A stretch of 64,000 nt of DNA from Balanoglossus misakiensis (lineage: Eukaryota > Animalia > Hemichordata), in contig CM082589.2 of NCBI GenBank assembly GCA_040954595.2, positions 11,482,894 to 11,546,893 of the forward strand, written 5' to 3'. The notes below the pieces were generated by a model. It was not told where the DNA came from, ran no database searches, and saw only the letters and a list, made by a program, of their open reading frames with translations. A program made the position numbers and the translations under genes. This document shows positions 22,182 through 35,616 of this stretch, one piece after another. How positions within the stretch are numbered: position 1 is the first letter of the stretch; each line of letters starts with the position of its first letter.

Positions 22182-25100
22182 TGTTATGTTTCCATCAACA
22201 TGGGAATAATAATGCGATCATAAGGTATAACAACAACCTATTTATTGATCGGCTGAAAAGACTCAACAATGTGCTTCGCCTTATCTGGGCGGAAGTGACA
22301 TCGTACAGCAATTCATAAACAAGTGGAACACCAACAATGCAACACTAGAGGGCGCTATATTGATCGTAGCTGTCAGAATACTACATCCCCTCTTCTTTAA
22401 GATAAATTGTTTCAAAACTCTTTTTGAATACGAATGTCACTGTGAATTGTCCTGTGCAAACTCTGCATTCATCTTGAATCAGTCTTTGTCAAAATCAAAC
22501 GCAACGAACATGAAAAATACTCTGGGAAAAATGTGATAAATTTTCCTCTGTATAACTCAACTTTCTGTGGAACAAATGGCATATCTCAATATCAGAAAAA
22601 GCTATCAATCAGTCACATAATCTTTGTATCGAGACTGCTTTTGTATATTTGTTCTGGTTCGTGTTGATCTCAACGATTCTTGGGCTGGTGACGCTGGCAT
22701 TGCGGGTTGTTGAGGCGGTGTTCCGTCTGTGACTGCTGGTGCAATATTGTGTTGATCCATCCCTGTCTGTGCTGGTTTCAGTTCTGCGCTGACTGGTTTC
22801 ATGTGGATCCTGTTGCGTCGCATTTGTTTCCCGTTGTCTAACTTCACGGTGTAGGACCTAGGTGTGTTTGCTGGGGCTACAACTCTCGCTGGACTCCATG
22901 TTTTGCTGATTGGGCTTTGTACATGGACTTGTTGACCTGTCAGCAATTATGGTAGTTGTCTGGAGTGCTGGTCGTGGCTGGAAGTCTGGGCCTGCTGTTG
23001 AGATGTCAGGTATTGACGAACTTCCTCCCCGTTTCTTGCTGGGTGAATTTTGGCTGGGAGAGTTGTCTTGTATGCTCTGCTGTTCAGCAACTCAGCTGGT
23101 GATGGTATGTTGGACTTCAATGGAGTCGCGCGAAGTGCCAACAATGCTAGATTCGGATCATCTCCGGACTCTTTGCACTTCATCAGGATGTTCTTCACGG
23201 TCTGTACATGTCGCTCGATAAAACCGTGCCCTTTGGGATAGTATGGTGATGATGTGACTATCGCAAAACCATACTTCTCAGTTAGGCTGTGGAAGTCTCT
23301 AGCTGTAAACTGAGATCCGTTGTCACAAACTAGTTTCTCGGGTATTCCTTGCTCTGCAAATAGAATTCGGAGGGCTCTCATAATGGTACTGGCTCTGAGG
23401 TCTTCAAGTTTCCTAATGAAGGGGAACTTGGAGTAGTAGTCAGCAACTATCATGTACCATGTTTGGTTCACGTAGAATAGGTCTGCTCCAATTGTGTGCC
23501 ACGGTCGTGGTGGAATTTCCATTGGAATCATCGGTTCCTTCTGCTGGGAATTCTGGAATTTCTGGCACGCGTTGCATCCTGTTACTAGTCTCTCTATATC
23601 TTTACAAATTCCAGGCCAGTACACGCTGGATCTGGCTCTCAGCTTGCATTTCTCGATCCCCAGGTGACTGCTATGAATGCGTTGTAGCATTTCATCTCTC
23701 ATTACTGCTGGTATGAGGAGTCGGCTGCCTATCAGGATAATACCATCTTCGATAGCGATATCGTCTCGAATAGACCAGTAGGGTCGAATATCAGCGTGAA
23801 TGTCCTTGATGCTATCTGGCCATCCTTTCAGGACTTGCTCGATCAATAATTGAAGAATTTCATCTTTGGTAGTTTCTTCTTTGATCTCCATCTGTCTCAT
23901 TGGTGTGATCTTCACCAGGTGGTGTATCTAGACTTTCATGTCACTGATTTCGTTCTGATCTTGTGGTGACAGTCTACATAGTGCGTCGGCAAGTATCATC
24001 TGTTTGCCTGGCTTGTAGTGTATGGTGAAATCATACGGCTGTATGCGCAACAGCATTCTCTGTAATCGGGGTGGTGCCTTGGTCAAATTCTTCCTCTGAA
24101 TTTGCTCCAACGGTCGATGATCACTCTCTACTATGAAACTTCTGCCGTAGAGATATGTGCGAAACTTCTCACATCCGTAGACTACCGCGAGTAGTTCTCT
24201 TTCTATATTGGCGTATCGGGTTTCCGCTGGTGTCAGGGCCTTGGACGCAAATGCTATAGGTCTCTGTTCCTGTATGAGCACCGCTCCGATTCCCTTTCCC
24301 GATGCGTCGACTTGTAGAGTGACAGGCTTCTTACGGTCGTAGTAAGCAAGTGTAGTCTTTGTGCTGATCAGGTCCTTGATCATATTGAAAGACTTTGTGT
24401 GTGTCGGAGACCACTCAAACTCAGTGTCGTCTCTGATGAGCTCTCTCAGTGGTGCTGTGTGTTCAGCTAATCTGGGTATGAATGAACCCATGTAGTTCAC
24501 CATTCCGAGGAATGTGCGCAGTTCGTTCTTGTCTCTAGGCGGATGCATCATCTCTATCGCCTTGACCTTTTCTGGGTTGGGTTTAACTCCGTCTTCTGTG
24601 TATAACATGCCAAAGAAACTACATTCTTTTGTCTTGATGTAGCATTTCTCTTTGTTCAGTTTAATGCCTGCTTTCCTGGTTCGTTCCATGGCTTCGTGTA
24701 GATGCAGGTCATGGTGTCGCTCTCCTGATCCGAAGACTTGTATATCGTCTGCAATGCCGACTGCACCTTCACACTCTCTGTATGTTTCATCAATTTTGAA
24801 TTGAAACACATCTTGGCTCATCCTTAGCCCAAATGGCATTCGTAGGAATCTGTAACGGCCATATGGTGTGTTAAAGGTCGTCAGGAAGGATGATTCTTCA
24901 TCGATCTTTACATTCCAGTATCCGTTCCGCGCGTCTAGCTTGCTGAAAAGTGTTGCGCCTGCCAACTTTGGGGTAATCTCCTCCAATGTGGGTGTAGGGT
25001 AATGATCCCTTTTAATGGCTTTGTTCAAGTCCTTCGGGTCCAGACAAATGCGAAGTCTTCCATTGTCTTTCTCCCGGACAACAAGAGAATTGACCCAGTT

Positions 25101-27070
25101 CGTAGGCTGGTTCACTTTGGCGATGATTTGCTTATCTTCCATCTCCTGCAGCTCGGTTTTGAGTCTATCCATTAGTTCTAATGGAACTCTGCGGGCAGGG
25201 TGTACTACTGGTTGTACTTCTGGATCAAGAGTGATGTGGTATGTGTAGTTTTCAAAACATCCGACCACGTCGTCAAAGCAATCAGGGTACATCCTCAGCA
25301 ACTGTTCTTTGTTCTTTATGGGAGGGCGGTCCCTGATGGGTGTATTACTGTCTATGTAGTCATCTGCAGGGTTTCTGTTTCTTCCTGCTGGCTTCTGTTC
25401 GTTCATCTTTCTCTTTTCCACTTCCACATTTCTTCCAGGCTGTGCTGTCTTGCACTCTGGGCTCGCCTGCACTTGTATGGCTTCTACTGAACAGTTTATT
25501 TGTATCAGGTTTAAGGCTCTGCTTGCCTTTAACCCTAAAATGGCTGGGCCTGCGGCGTCAGTTACATAGAAGAGGCATCTGATTTTCCTCTCTCTATGTT
25601 CACATGGAATGACGATGGTGCCAAGCTGTTTGATTTTGGAACCTCCATATGCGGTAAGGATTGTTTTATTTTCCTTCAAGTGCCCGCGTTTTGGATTTCC
25701 GTGTTTATCCAGTTTCTCTGGAAATATGATCTTGAAAAGGCAGAGGGGCAGTATATTGCTCTGTGCACCGGTATCAAACTTGCATCTCAGTGCTACTTTC
25801 CTTTTCTTTTCGCTCTGTGTGATTGTCAGTTTCGTGTATATTTCTTCTTGTCTGTTGATGTTGTCCAATGCATTTATTTCGATAGTTCCAACATCTAGGA
25901 CTTCATCATCTATTTGATGCATGTTGCTGCTCGAGCGTGTCACATTATGGATTGGTTTTCCACCTCGTCTCTGCTGTGACTTCGGTTCGCTTGAGCTGGT
26001 TTTGGAACGGCATACCGCCTGCCAGTGATTAGGTTTCCCACAATTTCGGCATTTCGAGCCATATGCTGGGCAGTTACTTTTCACTGAGGTGTCATGCTTT
26101 TTTCCGCAATGCTTACATTGTTTGGGGTGTGTCTTGTTGGGCTGCCTTTTTACTGCGTTGACAGCTTTGCTATCCACAGGATTAGCAATATGGCAATTTG
26201 TGAGCGTTTTCATGTGTTTTGTTGTGGCTTCGTGACCTCTAGCTATATCGAGCGCCTCCTTCAAGGTCAGTTTCTCATCACGCCCAATAAGTTTCTTCTG
26301 TATTTCTTGGTGACAGATCCCCCATATCAACTGATCTACGAGTCTTGCTTCCTGTTCTTTTGTATCCCCAAATTTGCATTTGGCGGCTTCATTTTTCAAT
26401 TTCGAAAAGAAATCATCAACTGGTTCTCCAGGGTCTTGTCTCATATCTTGGAATTGGTATCTATGTATGCGATGATTCGACTTCGGCTCTAAGTGTTCGG
26501 AAAATTTGTCGAATAGTACTGTGGGGTCTTTCCGCTGGTCTTCATTTTCAAACGACCAACTGTTGTATTTGTCAAGACCTGGTTCACCGGACCATAGAAG
26601 TATGTAGCTAGCTTTCTCTTCATCGTTAGCATCTTTAAGTGCTGTCTTAAATGTTAACTCACATTTTTGACGAAAACGACTGAAGGCTATTGCTAGATCT
26701 GGCGCGTCCCATTCCATCTTTGGGGCTGTGAAGGGCGTTTGTAGTGCGGCCGCCATCTTGTCAGGTCAGTTCGATGGTCTTTTCTTCTGTAGTTTTGGTG
26801 TCTTGTGTAGTCGATAGTGTGTAAAGTCTGCTTACATCTGATCACTCACATTCACCGCTGCCACCATGTTATGTTTCCATCAACATGGGAATAATAATGC
26901 GATCATAAGGTATAACAACAACCTATTTATTGATCGGCTGAAAAGACTCAACAATGTGCTTCGCCTTATCTGGGCGGAAGTGACGTCGTACAGCAATTCA
27001 TAAACAAGTGGAACACCAACAATGCAACACTAGAGGGCGCTATATTGATCGTAGCTGTCAGAATACTACA
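22182..27070 (-). mobile_element. Full-length Ty3/Gypsy LTR retrotransposon (Mag-like)
   Basis: 204-bp TG...CA LTRs at 22182-22385 and 26867-27070 with one visible mismatch. PBS TGGTGGCAGCGGT is complementary to the tRNA-Leu 3' end, PPT is AAAGAAGAGGGGA, and the element sits in a poly-C run consistent with a TSD. Confidence 0.97.
22605..26756 (-). pseudogene. gag-pol polyprotein, single frame with two in-frame stops
   Basis: Two CCHC-type knuckles, protease FDTGA, RT IADD, RNase H DAS...ERE...SDH and integrase HHCC plus D-D-E. ORFs 23928-26756, 22947-23915 and 22605-22946 share one frame, separated by TAG (23928-30) and TAA (22947-9). Confidence 0.93.
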
Positions 27071-29875
27071 CCCCCCCCCCCCCGCATGTTTAAAGGTTTC
27101 TATAGAAAAGCATTGTTGAGGTTCACAAAACTTTGAAGAAGCTTTGCAACACTAACTTTGGCCAAAGATTTGAATGTTAAGGTTTCACAAACGTAGTTAC
27201 AGCTGAGGTTCAACTAAGACTAGTATAAGAGGCTTCAGCACGCCAAGTCTTGTAGCAAGCTTCAACACAAAGCTTTTTGCAACATTGTTCAAAGCGTTGT
27301 CAAAGGTACTGCACAACCCTGGTGAAGTAGTGCTATATTTTCAATTAAATGGCTTAAGCCATTTGTCTCTCCAACCAGAATTGCACCAGAGTTAAATACA
27401 CACAGCTTGAAATTGTAAAATGTTGCAAAATCAAACGATCACATCCTTACACCTATTATTAGAACCAGAAGTTGAGTCAAAATTTTCCTACCTAGAAATT
27501 TTCTTTCCTATGAAGTTTTTTGCTTATTGGCATTCATATGGGAGCCTAGACCTATTCCAGCTGAGTTGCCAAAATGGCAATGTTGGACAATTCTTCTAAT
27601 ATGCATGATCAAAAATGGCCGCCAAATACCTTCTCTAAAATAAAACTTGGCCCTTTTTTCTCAAATTATGTGTAATATCTAAAATTTCAGGATTTGCATC
27701 CATATTGGTTATGTATTGCAAATATGGCAGTGTTTGGCAACTTTTCTATTTTGCATAATCAAAAATGGCCGCCAATCACCACTAAAAGTGAAATTTTGCC
27801 ATGTTTCCCAAAATGATGCGCAATATCGCGTATTTTCAGGATTAGCACATTCATATGGGTACCTTTAACAATACAACTGTGTTGCAAATTTGGCAGTGTT
27901 ACCGTACTAATCATGAAGCAAGGAAGTGCAACCTCTGTATCCCAAATATATGTCTATCCCCACTGATAGGAGTCACAAAGAGCCAGCCCATCTGCATCAT
28001 CCTGTTCCTCAATCTCACGATGGGAATCCTTTTCAGAATTCCTACCTCAAAACATCCAGGGATTCACCATCATTCACCACACCCTCGTCAGTATCCACCA
28101 TGTTTAGAGCCAATGCCTGAACATGTTGTCTCTTTATCTATGGATTGCGTTAAAGGCCAGTGGGAGTTTCATCTCCTTTTTTTTGCAATTTTGACCATTT
28201 TTATCTGGTGCATAATGCTAGAGTACATATCATCCATACAGGATGATGCATGTACAGTGATGGGAAATGTATCAATCCACTCCTGCACTAGATTTGCATA
28301 CAGTGCCATACCTTTTAGGGCTATTTTCTTGACCCTTTTGATAGTCTGCTGGCCAAAAGTGGCTGGCCAAAGTGGCCAGCAGAGACATTCTTCCAATACC
28401 CTTCATAGTGCCAACAGACAAGGCTTGGATATACAACCTGTGTTGCTTGTAAGGCACACATCTCCAATTGGTACATTGGGCCAATTATACTGTACATGTA
28501 CAGCTAGGAAAAAAATATACTTCATCATAGTTTCCATGGTCAGCAGCTTCAATAACTTGTTGCCTTTTCTTACTGAACATTTAGACTTATAAAGAAGTAT
28601 AACAAGAATAAAGTTGTCCAATTAGTGTTGGCAGGGGGGTGGGGGATGTGTTCTCCCATACAAAGGTGTATAGGTATGTAGTCTTTAAGAAAAACTTGGG
28701 GTAAATGACCAGAAAATTTGACTTATAATACAAATAGGTCGGGTTTTGGGCATTTACACGTGTTGATGTTATCGACTGGGGCGACAGACTACCATCCGAA
28801 AAAAATTCAAGTACCCCCCCCCCCCTCGGGTGCCGGCCAGTGGGATGGAGGTGATAGAAACTGTTGTAGATACAATAGAGGCCTACAACCTGAAAACCTT
28901 CTGGCTTTAACCGAGGACTTGCCATTAAAGATACCTGTAGGCCCCTATATGCTGCTCCCACATACACTCCCAGTCCTAAACCTTGCATCTGATTTGTGGT
29001 GCAGATGAAGAATTAAGATTGGCTTGACAATTAGCACACTTAATTGCCTGTTATGAGATATAATACATACAATCATGGGACAAGAATGGCAAAAGTTAAA
29101 TTATCCAGCAGGTGTTTGAATTATGCAAATTAGATCAGTTGTCTAATATTGCCATGTCAACCATGTTGAAATTGTTTTAGGTACCCATATTAATGGAAAC
29201 CCGGCAAATTCGATATTACACACCATTTAAAACAAATATGGGAAATTAACATGTTAGAGAAATTTGGCGGCCATTTTGGATTATGCAAATTAGAACAGTT
29301 GTCTAATATTGCCATGTCAACCATGTTGAAATTGTTTTAGGTACCCAGGAGAGTTGAATGAAAATGCCATTTGCAATGCAGTTGTCTTGTATTGGGTGCC
29401 CATATTAAGGCATTCTTGAAAACGAAACATTATTCATCATTTTGACGCAAACAGAAAAGGTGTTCAAATGCAAATTAGAAGAGTTGCCCAACCCTGCCAT
29501 ATTTGCAATACAGTTGTAGTGACTGTTAACTCGACTACAGACAGTCTCGATGAACACAAGACATGATCCCAATTTGCAAGCTGAGTTGAAACTGACTGCT
29601 GCAGTAACTTAGCTGTGGGAATGTCTTGTGTGATTTAAAACAATGATGACCAAATTTAACACAGTTTCTCTGAGGTAACCATTTAGCTTTCGTGACTAAG
29701 TTTGTTTAAGAATCCTTTATTCTACCCAAGGAACAAATTTCCTTAGAATTTCACAACTGAGACACAGTTTACAGATATACAAAAAGTGCGTACTACAAAC
29801 ATAAGAAATTGTTTGCATTTTTTTTTCTGATGGCAATGCATTTGACTGTAAACAGACATTGACGTCCTTTAGTAA

Positions 29876-30698
29876 GGGACTGTTCAGTTTTGGTGGAGGG
29901 GGGGGGCAAAAGTTTGTGTCATTGGTTTTCAAAATCAGGCCGACACCCCCTTCAACCAGGACCAAAAAAATGATGACCCCCCCCCCCTTTGACAGGACCA
30001 AAATATGATGACCCTCCTCCCACCCCGAAAACATTTGCCATCCGTATCTTATGTACACTGACTGTATGCAATAAAGGTAAAGGGTCTCCTCACACCTCAA
30101 TTCTAAATTTCTTAAAGAAATGTATAATTTGAAGTGTATAATAGTATAGCGTTGCAATAAAGAAGGTCTATGGATAAATTAAAAGGACACGTCAATACAA
30201 TAGTTGGTAGAATTGGTAAAACAAGAAAAGTGGAAGGGGTGGGTGTACGTAGGACAATTTTGTAAAATACAATTAATGCATTTTAATGAACTCAAAGGCA
30301 AATTAACTTAATGTTGGGGAGGACAAATTTGACTTTTGCCACTCAAAGTTAACATCAGTGGGGGTGGGATGGCAAGTATTCTGCCCTGGTACACTATATG
30401 TGGCGAAGAAATAAGGGGATGGGTGTGGGAGGGGATGTCCCCCTTCCACATAAGAAAACTTTGTAAAATATGTAGCTCAAAGTTGCATTTTAATGAAGTC
30501 AAAAGCAAATTATCTCAATGTTTGAAAGGACCAATTTTACTGTTACCACTACACTCAAAGTTAGCATCGGTGGGTACATGTATATGACCTCCCCCCTAAA
30601 CGTTTGAAAAAAAGATGACTCCCTCTTTTGGATTTCAAAATTTAAGTGACCCCCTGGATTTTGCCAGCCTCCCCCCACCGTAAAAACTGAATGGTCCC
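29876..30698. mobile_element. PIF/Harbinger-like MITE with TAA target duplication
   Basis: taa|gggactgttcagtttt...aaaactgaatggtccc|taa. It is absent at the paralogous positions (46740, 54155). Confidence 0.75.
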
Positions 30699-33600
30699 TA
30701 AGCGCTATTTTGTCAGTGAAATGGCTCCATTATTATCCCTCCAACTATAGTTGAAACGGAGTTAAATATGTACAGCTTGAAATCATAAAATGTTGCAAAA
30801 TTGAACCAAGAGTTTGGTCAATGATCAAGTTCTTACAGCTATTACTAGAACCATACAGTCTCAGCGAACAAGAGACATTGGTCCGATTTGCAAGCCGAGT
30901 TGGAACTGACTTTGCCTGCACACAGATGTGCCAATTTCAGCGAATCTTATCGTATTTAAAAATGAATATGGAGAATTGTTATCTGTGTTCCTATTGCTAG
31001 CCTACATACATGTAGCTGTTGTCATTCTAGTGTTTTTTTTTCTGTATACCAAAATTGCCACACTGTTTGGGATACTTTTATCAAATGTTATGTGATACTA
31101 TATCAGCCTGTTTTGGGGATCTTGACAATGACATATATTAGACTTTTCATACACAGCATGAGGTAGAATTTCAGAAACGATTAGGTAATAAGACTGCATA
31201 TCTCATAGGAAATAATCACTTTAGAAGTATTACGATAAAAAAAATCATTTCACTCTTATTGGGAGCATACATTTGTAAAACATACATACAGACATGAATA
31301 CAGACATAGAGAGATCAAGGTGTATACGATTTTCAGTGGGGGAGGGGGTCCTCCTTAATTGCAAACAACTATGTAATGGTAATTTCCCTTTTATAATAAC
31401 AATTTTTGAGGTATAAGGAAAAAATATCAAACAAAATAAACAAAAAAACTAATTCAGCTATGATTTGATTCAATTATCATTCTAAAGAAGCACATATCAT
31501 TAACTCACAACTAAACTTTTACAGTGATCAACCATGCACTTTCTGAGAATTTTTTTTATGCCCAAATACAATTTTTTCATTTTCAGAACATTTATGATAT
31601 ATCACAGTAAAAAAATCCCCTGGAAACTGCAAAACAAAAAATTGCAAAGCAATCAAACAAAAATGGCAAAAATTGTCCACAAAAACTATATTGACACTTC
31701 CATCATAGGATTTGTTAAAATGTCGTGATAACACACCTAGGAACCTGCAAACCAAATTTCAAAGAACTGTGAGTAGAGGTTTTTGAGTATTTGACCAAAA
31801 TCACCCCAAAAATATACTTCAAACCAGATATTAACTGAATATGCTCACGTGCAGTACTGTGATTGGTTGACAGAATAACAAGATTAGAAAAACCAGTGTT
31901 AAACCAATTTGGTTTATAGTGTATATGGTGTAAGGGTTGTGTGTTGCACCATTGTGAAATGTAAACATGTTTGTGGAATTGTTGCCTTGTCAATTTTTGT
32001 AAGGGGTTATGAGTCATGTACCCCATCCTGAACTGCATAAAAAGATAAGTCTATGGAATTCTAAAACTCGTTGATCAAAAATGGCAAGAAATATACCAAA
32101 AAGTATGAATATTTCACCAGATTTCAACAAATCTGATTTCTGTTCATGCCTAAGAACCTCTTTAACAAGTTTCAATAAGGAAGACATTTTGGCAAACAAC
32201 AGGTAATTCAGACAAATCTGACTGATATCACATATATGAATTCCCATTCAAAGTTTCCAATCAATTGGACTTGTGGTTTTACTGAAGACTATTTGGCCAA
32301 ACCCTGCAGAATTCCCAAAAAATACAATTATGCAAATTTCTTTACAATTTGATCATATCTGACTGAGATCACCCCTAGAAACCCAAATACAAAGTATCAA
32401 AACAATTGCACTTACAGTTTCACGGGATTTGATTTTTTGACAAAAACAGGAAATATTGCCCAAAAATGCATTTTTGCAAATTTCACCACCGTTTGCACAA
32501 ATGTGATTCAGGTAAGCCCTATGAACCTCCATACCAAGTTTCCAATCAATTGGACATGTAATTTCAGAGAAGAATTTTTTTTAACAAAACTGCAGAAAAT
32601 TCCCCCAAAAATTCATAAAAAATAGCAAACGCCAGATACTGACTCCACCTGAACAAAATCATACGAGGTCTTCCCATAGTTCTTGCACACCAATGCACGC
32701 CAATTTTAAACTGAATCTGATCCGCTGTTATTAAGTTATTAAGTTTTTCAATTTTGACTATTTGAACATTTTTCCAGTTAATACCAGTATGCATTTTTTC
32801 GCAATAACAATTTCTATGTACACACTAAATATCAGTAGTTTCAAGTTTTTGATGTTGATGGACATACACATACATACATCAATACATTTAGACGAAACTG
32901 ATCCATTCGCAAAATACATAATTCTGTATGAGGCACACATACAGACATACATAGACGACGGACACCAACTTATGCTATAAGCTGACATTGATATACATGT
33001 TAGCCAAAAACCAAAATCAACCTCAAAATAGACATTAAAATATATTGCACCACCATGAGAAGACAAATTCATTTTTCGCCAAATTTTCTGGGGCGTCATT
33101 GATATAGCATGGCATATTGTCAAAGTACGTAGTCTCTGTGATAAGATTCCATACACACAAAATGGTAACCTTGGAAGTCCAGCTGACGTAGTTATGCAAT
33201 GGCGCCTCGTGTATTCCGTCGCCAAAAAATCATCGTAAAATTGATAGTCGGGGTCACAATTCAAGACGACTTTCTCTAAATTCTTTATGAATGGATTAAA
33301 TCGAAATCGAAATGTTGACGTATGACGTACGGAATGAGATCTGAACAGACATTCAATGTTATCATTCTCGCTCGATCACATATTGGGTAAGCCATCTAGC
33401 AATCGCTATATAGTATTGGCGATAACAGACTGTCTATAAACTCACAAAAGGGATTTTACTGTTGAGTGTGATCAACCGCCACGTTATTTTTCTCTGAACA
33501 ATAGACAAATAGAAAGCCTGGTGACATTTTGAGATTGACTGCGTGAGGACCACAATATGCGTGAATCATTTACGGTTTGTCTTGATGAATGGGTCACGTC

Positions 33601-33957
33601 ATAGTCATAACGCGGATTCGGCTGCACGCCAACTATCCGCCATATTGTCTCCACTAACTTACTCGTAAGTAGTTTCAAACTTCATTTGAAAAGAGTATTC
33701 GTCTGACGGTCCTGTAGATTAACAATTTACGCTCTATGAAGCAACTAAACAACGTTAGCTTCCTTGTGGATTCACGTAGGGAAGTTATTCGTAACGACGG
33801 GTACAGCGTCTGAGCATGGACAGAACCACGGCAATATCGCCAGGAATGTCTCATTTCACAGCGCCCTCAAACAGTCGATCTCCTCAAACTATCGTTTCCA
33901 CTGGTCATATATGCGGCATTAACGAAAGCTCACATAGACAACCATGTAATAGAAAAA

Positions 33958-34184
33958 TTAAAACTTAAATAACTTCATTAATATCAAAGCCACACGCACC
34001 AAAACCTTTTCAGTTCTTGCCATATGATATCTGAACCTGTGTACTAAATTTGGTTGAAATCGGTTCAGCGGTTCTTGAGATATCGGGTATACAGACAGAC
34101 ACACACACACATACATACATACACACACACACACACAGACATCGCTAAACCATAAGCTCACGTGATTTTCACGTGAGCTAAAAA
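33958..34184 (+). mobile_element. 3' end of a HINE/Helentron-like element
   Basis: CA/CATA microsatellite followed by a perfect stem-loop agctcacgtga-tt-tcacgtgagct and an A run. A similar decayed end lies near 32940-33010. Confidence 0.55.
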
Positions 34185-35356
34185 TGAAAAAAAATCCATG
34201 AGGTCTCAAAATGAATACACACCAATTTCTAAAGCAATTTGACCAGTTTCCACCAATTTCACATTGGTCCCAGTGGTAGATAGACATATACGAAATGGGA
34301 ACCAAAGAATAAAACACATTTCAAAGATTTAACACATCTTTTTCCTCAAGAGTGTTTTTCAAATCTTCTCCACATCCTTCAAAATCGCCACCATAAAGCC
34401 ATATTACTTGAAGTGCTTATGTTTGTCATATCTAGGTGATGCATACCACTATAGATGTGTACCCTTTGTATAGAGGCAGATTAAACAGGTGTGGTACCTG
34501 TTAAATATCTGACTTCTTTAAATTACAGGCACAATCGTCAGTCAACAAGATGTTCATGTAGATGTATACCTAGCAGTAAGCTTATTTAGATTGACAAATC
34601 TTAGATGAAAATAATGAAAAAGTGGCACAACCCTTAGGGCTTTAACTAGCAGCTTTATGCCAGATGAGTTCGAGTCTAACGATGTAATGTTGACATTAAG
34701 GTTTCATTGAAATAACTTGGGAACCTCTCTACTATTTGAAGCACCAAAGCTGTGAAAAACTGTCAGGGACCGGATTTTTTTCAGCAAAATTTCAAATAAC
34801 CTTGGCTGATTTTTTACCTACTTTCACATATTGGGTAGCATGAAACAAAGTATGGCTTCCAGAAGGGTTATAGATACAGTGTTTTGTAATAACAAGAATT
34901 AACATGAAACTATAATTTCATGGTTAATTTAGGACCGCCTTAATCTATGGTAATGTCATTAAATATTTGCATATCTAATTGTAGGCTATCCAGTGGAGGG
35001 AGAAACCTAAACATGGACAACATTGGGGTCAAAATTGTTTGACAGAACTTTGGGTGACTTTGGGTAAACCTTGACCAACATTACTATATCTTGGCATCCA
35101 GAGCAGATGCAACCTTGACACTTGGAGTGATGGAAATGCATAATGGAGTATTATGTCTCAGCTAGTCACAGTGCTTTTGCTGTGTTTTATGTCTTTTATT
35201 CAGCCAAATTAGATGTTTTTTATTACACATTGGCTGTGTTTGCCAGTACTTTTTAGCTGGTCACACTGCCTTAAGACAATGTATTCTCAAAATACCATGC
35301 AATCATTATGAAGCATATACAGCAGACAAAGTTATGGTATGACTGAACTTGCCCTT

Positions 35357-35616
35357 CTTTGTGACTAAAGCATGACCGGCCTGTCTTAGGTGGCCCCTAC
35401 CTAGGGGCTTTACCCGTCATTGGCTCACAGTCTGAGAAATCAGCTCTGCAGGGAAGTTAACGATGTAACCCACCATTAAAGCTTGGATTTCCGCTTTTTG
35501 TATCTGATGCCTGGCTGAGGCCTTCTTAGGATCTACCCAACGCTGAGTAGGCTATCCCGTCATTGGCACACAGTCTCAGGGAGGGAGTCCAAAGTTCAGT
35601 ATACCAGCAAAGCCTT
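35357..35616 (-). ncRNA. Candidate structured RNA (two homologous hairpin units), left-arm copy
   Basis: Near-identical reverse complement of 51541-51800. Confidence 0.3.

Noticed and set aside
22910-26611. Plus-strand ORFs within the Gypsy element
   Set aside because: They are antisense shadows of the gag-pol frame.
27855-28592. 245-aa ORF
   Set aside because: No recognisable domain. It crosses repeat-derived sequence, and the paralogous right-arm segment is not open.
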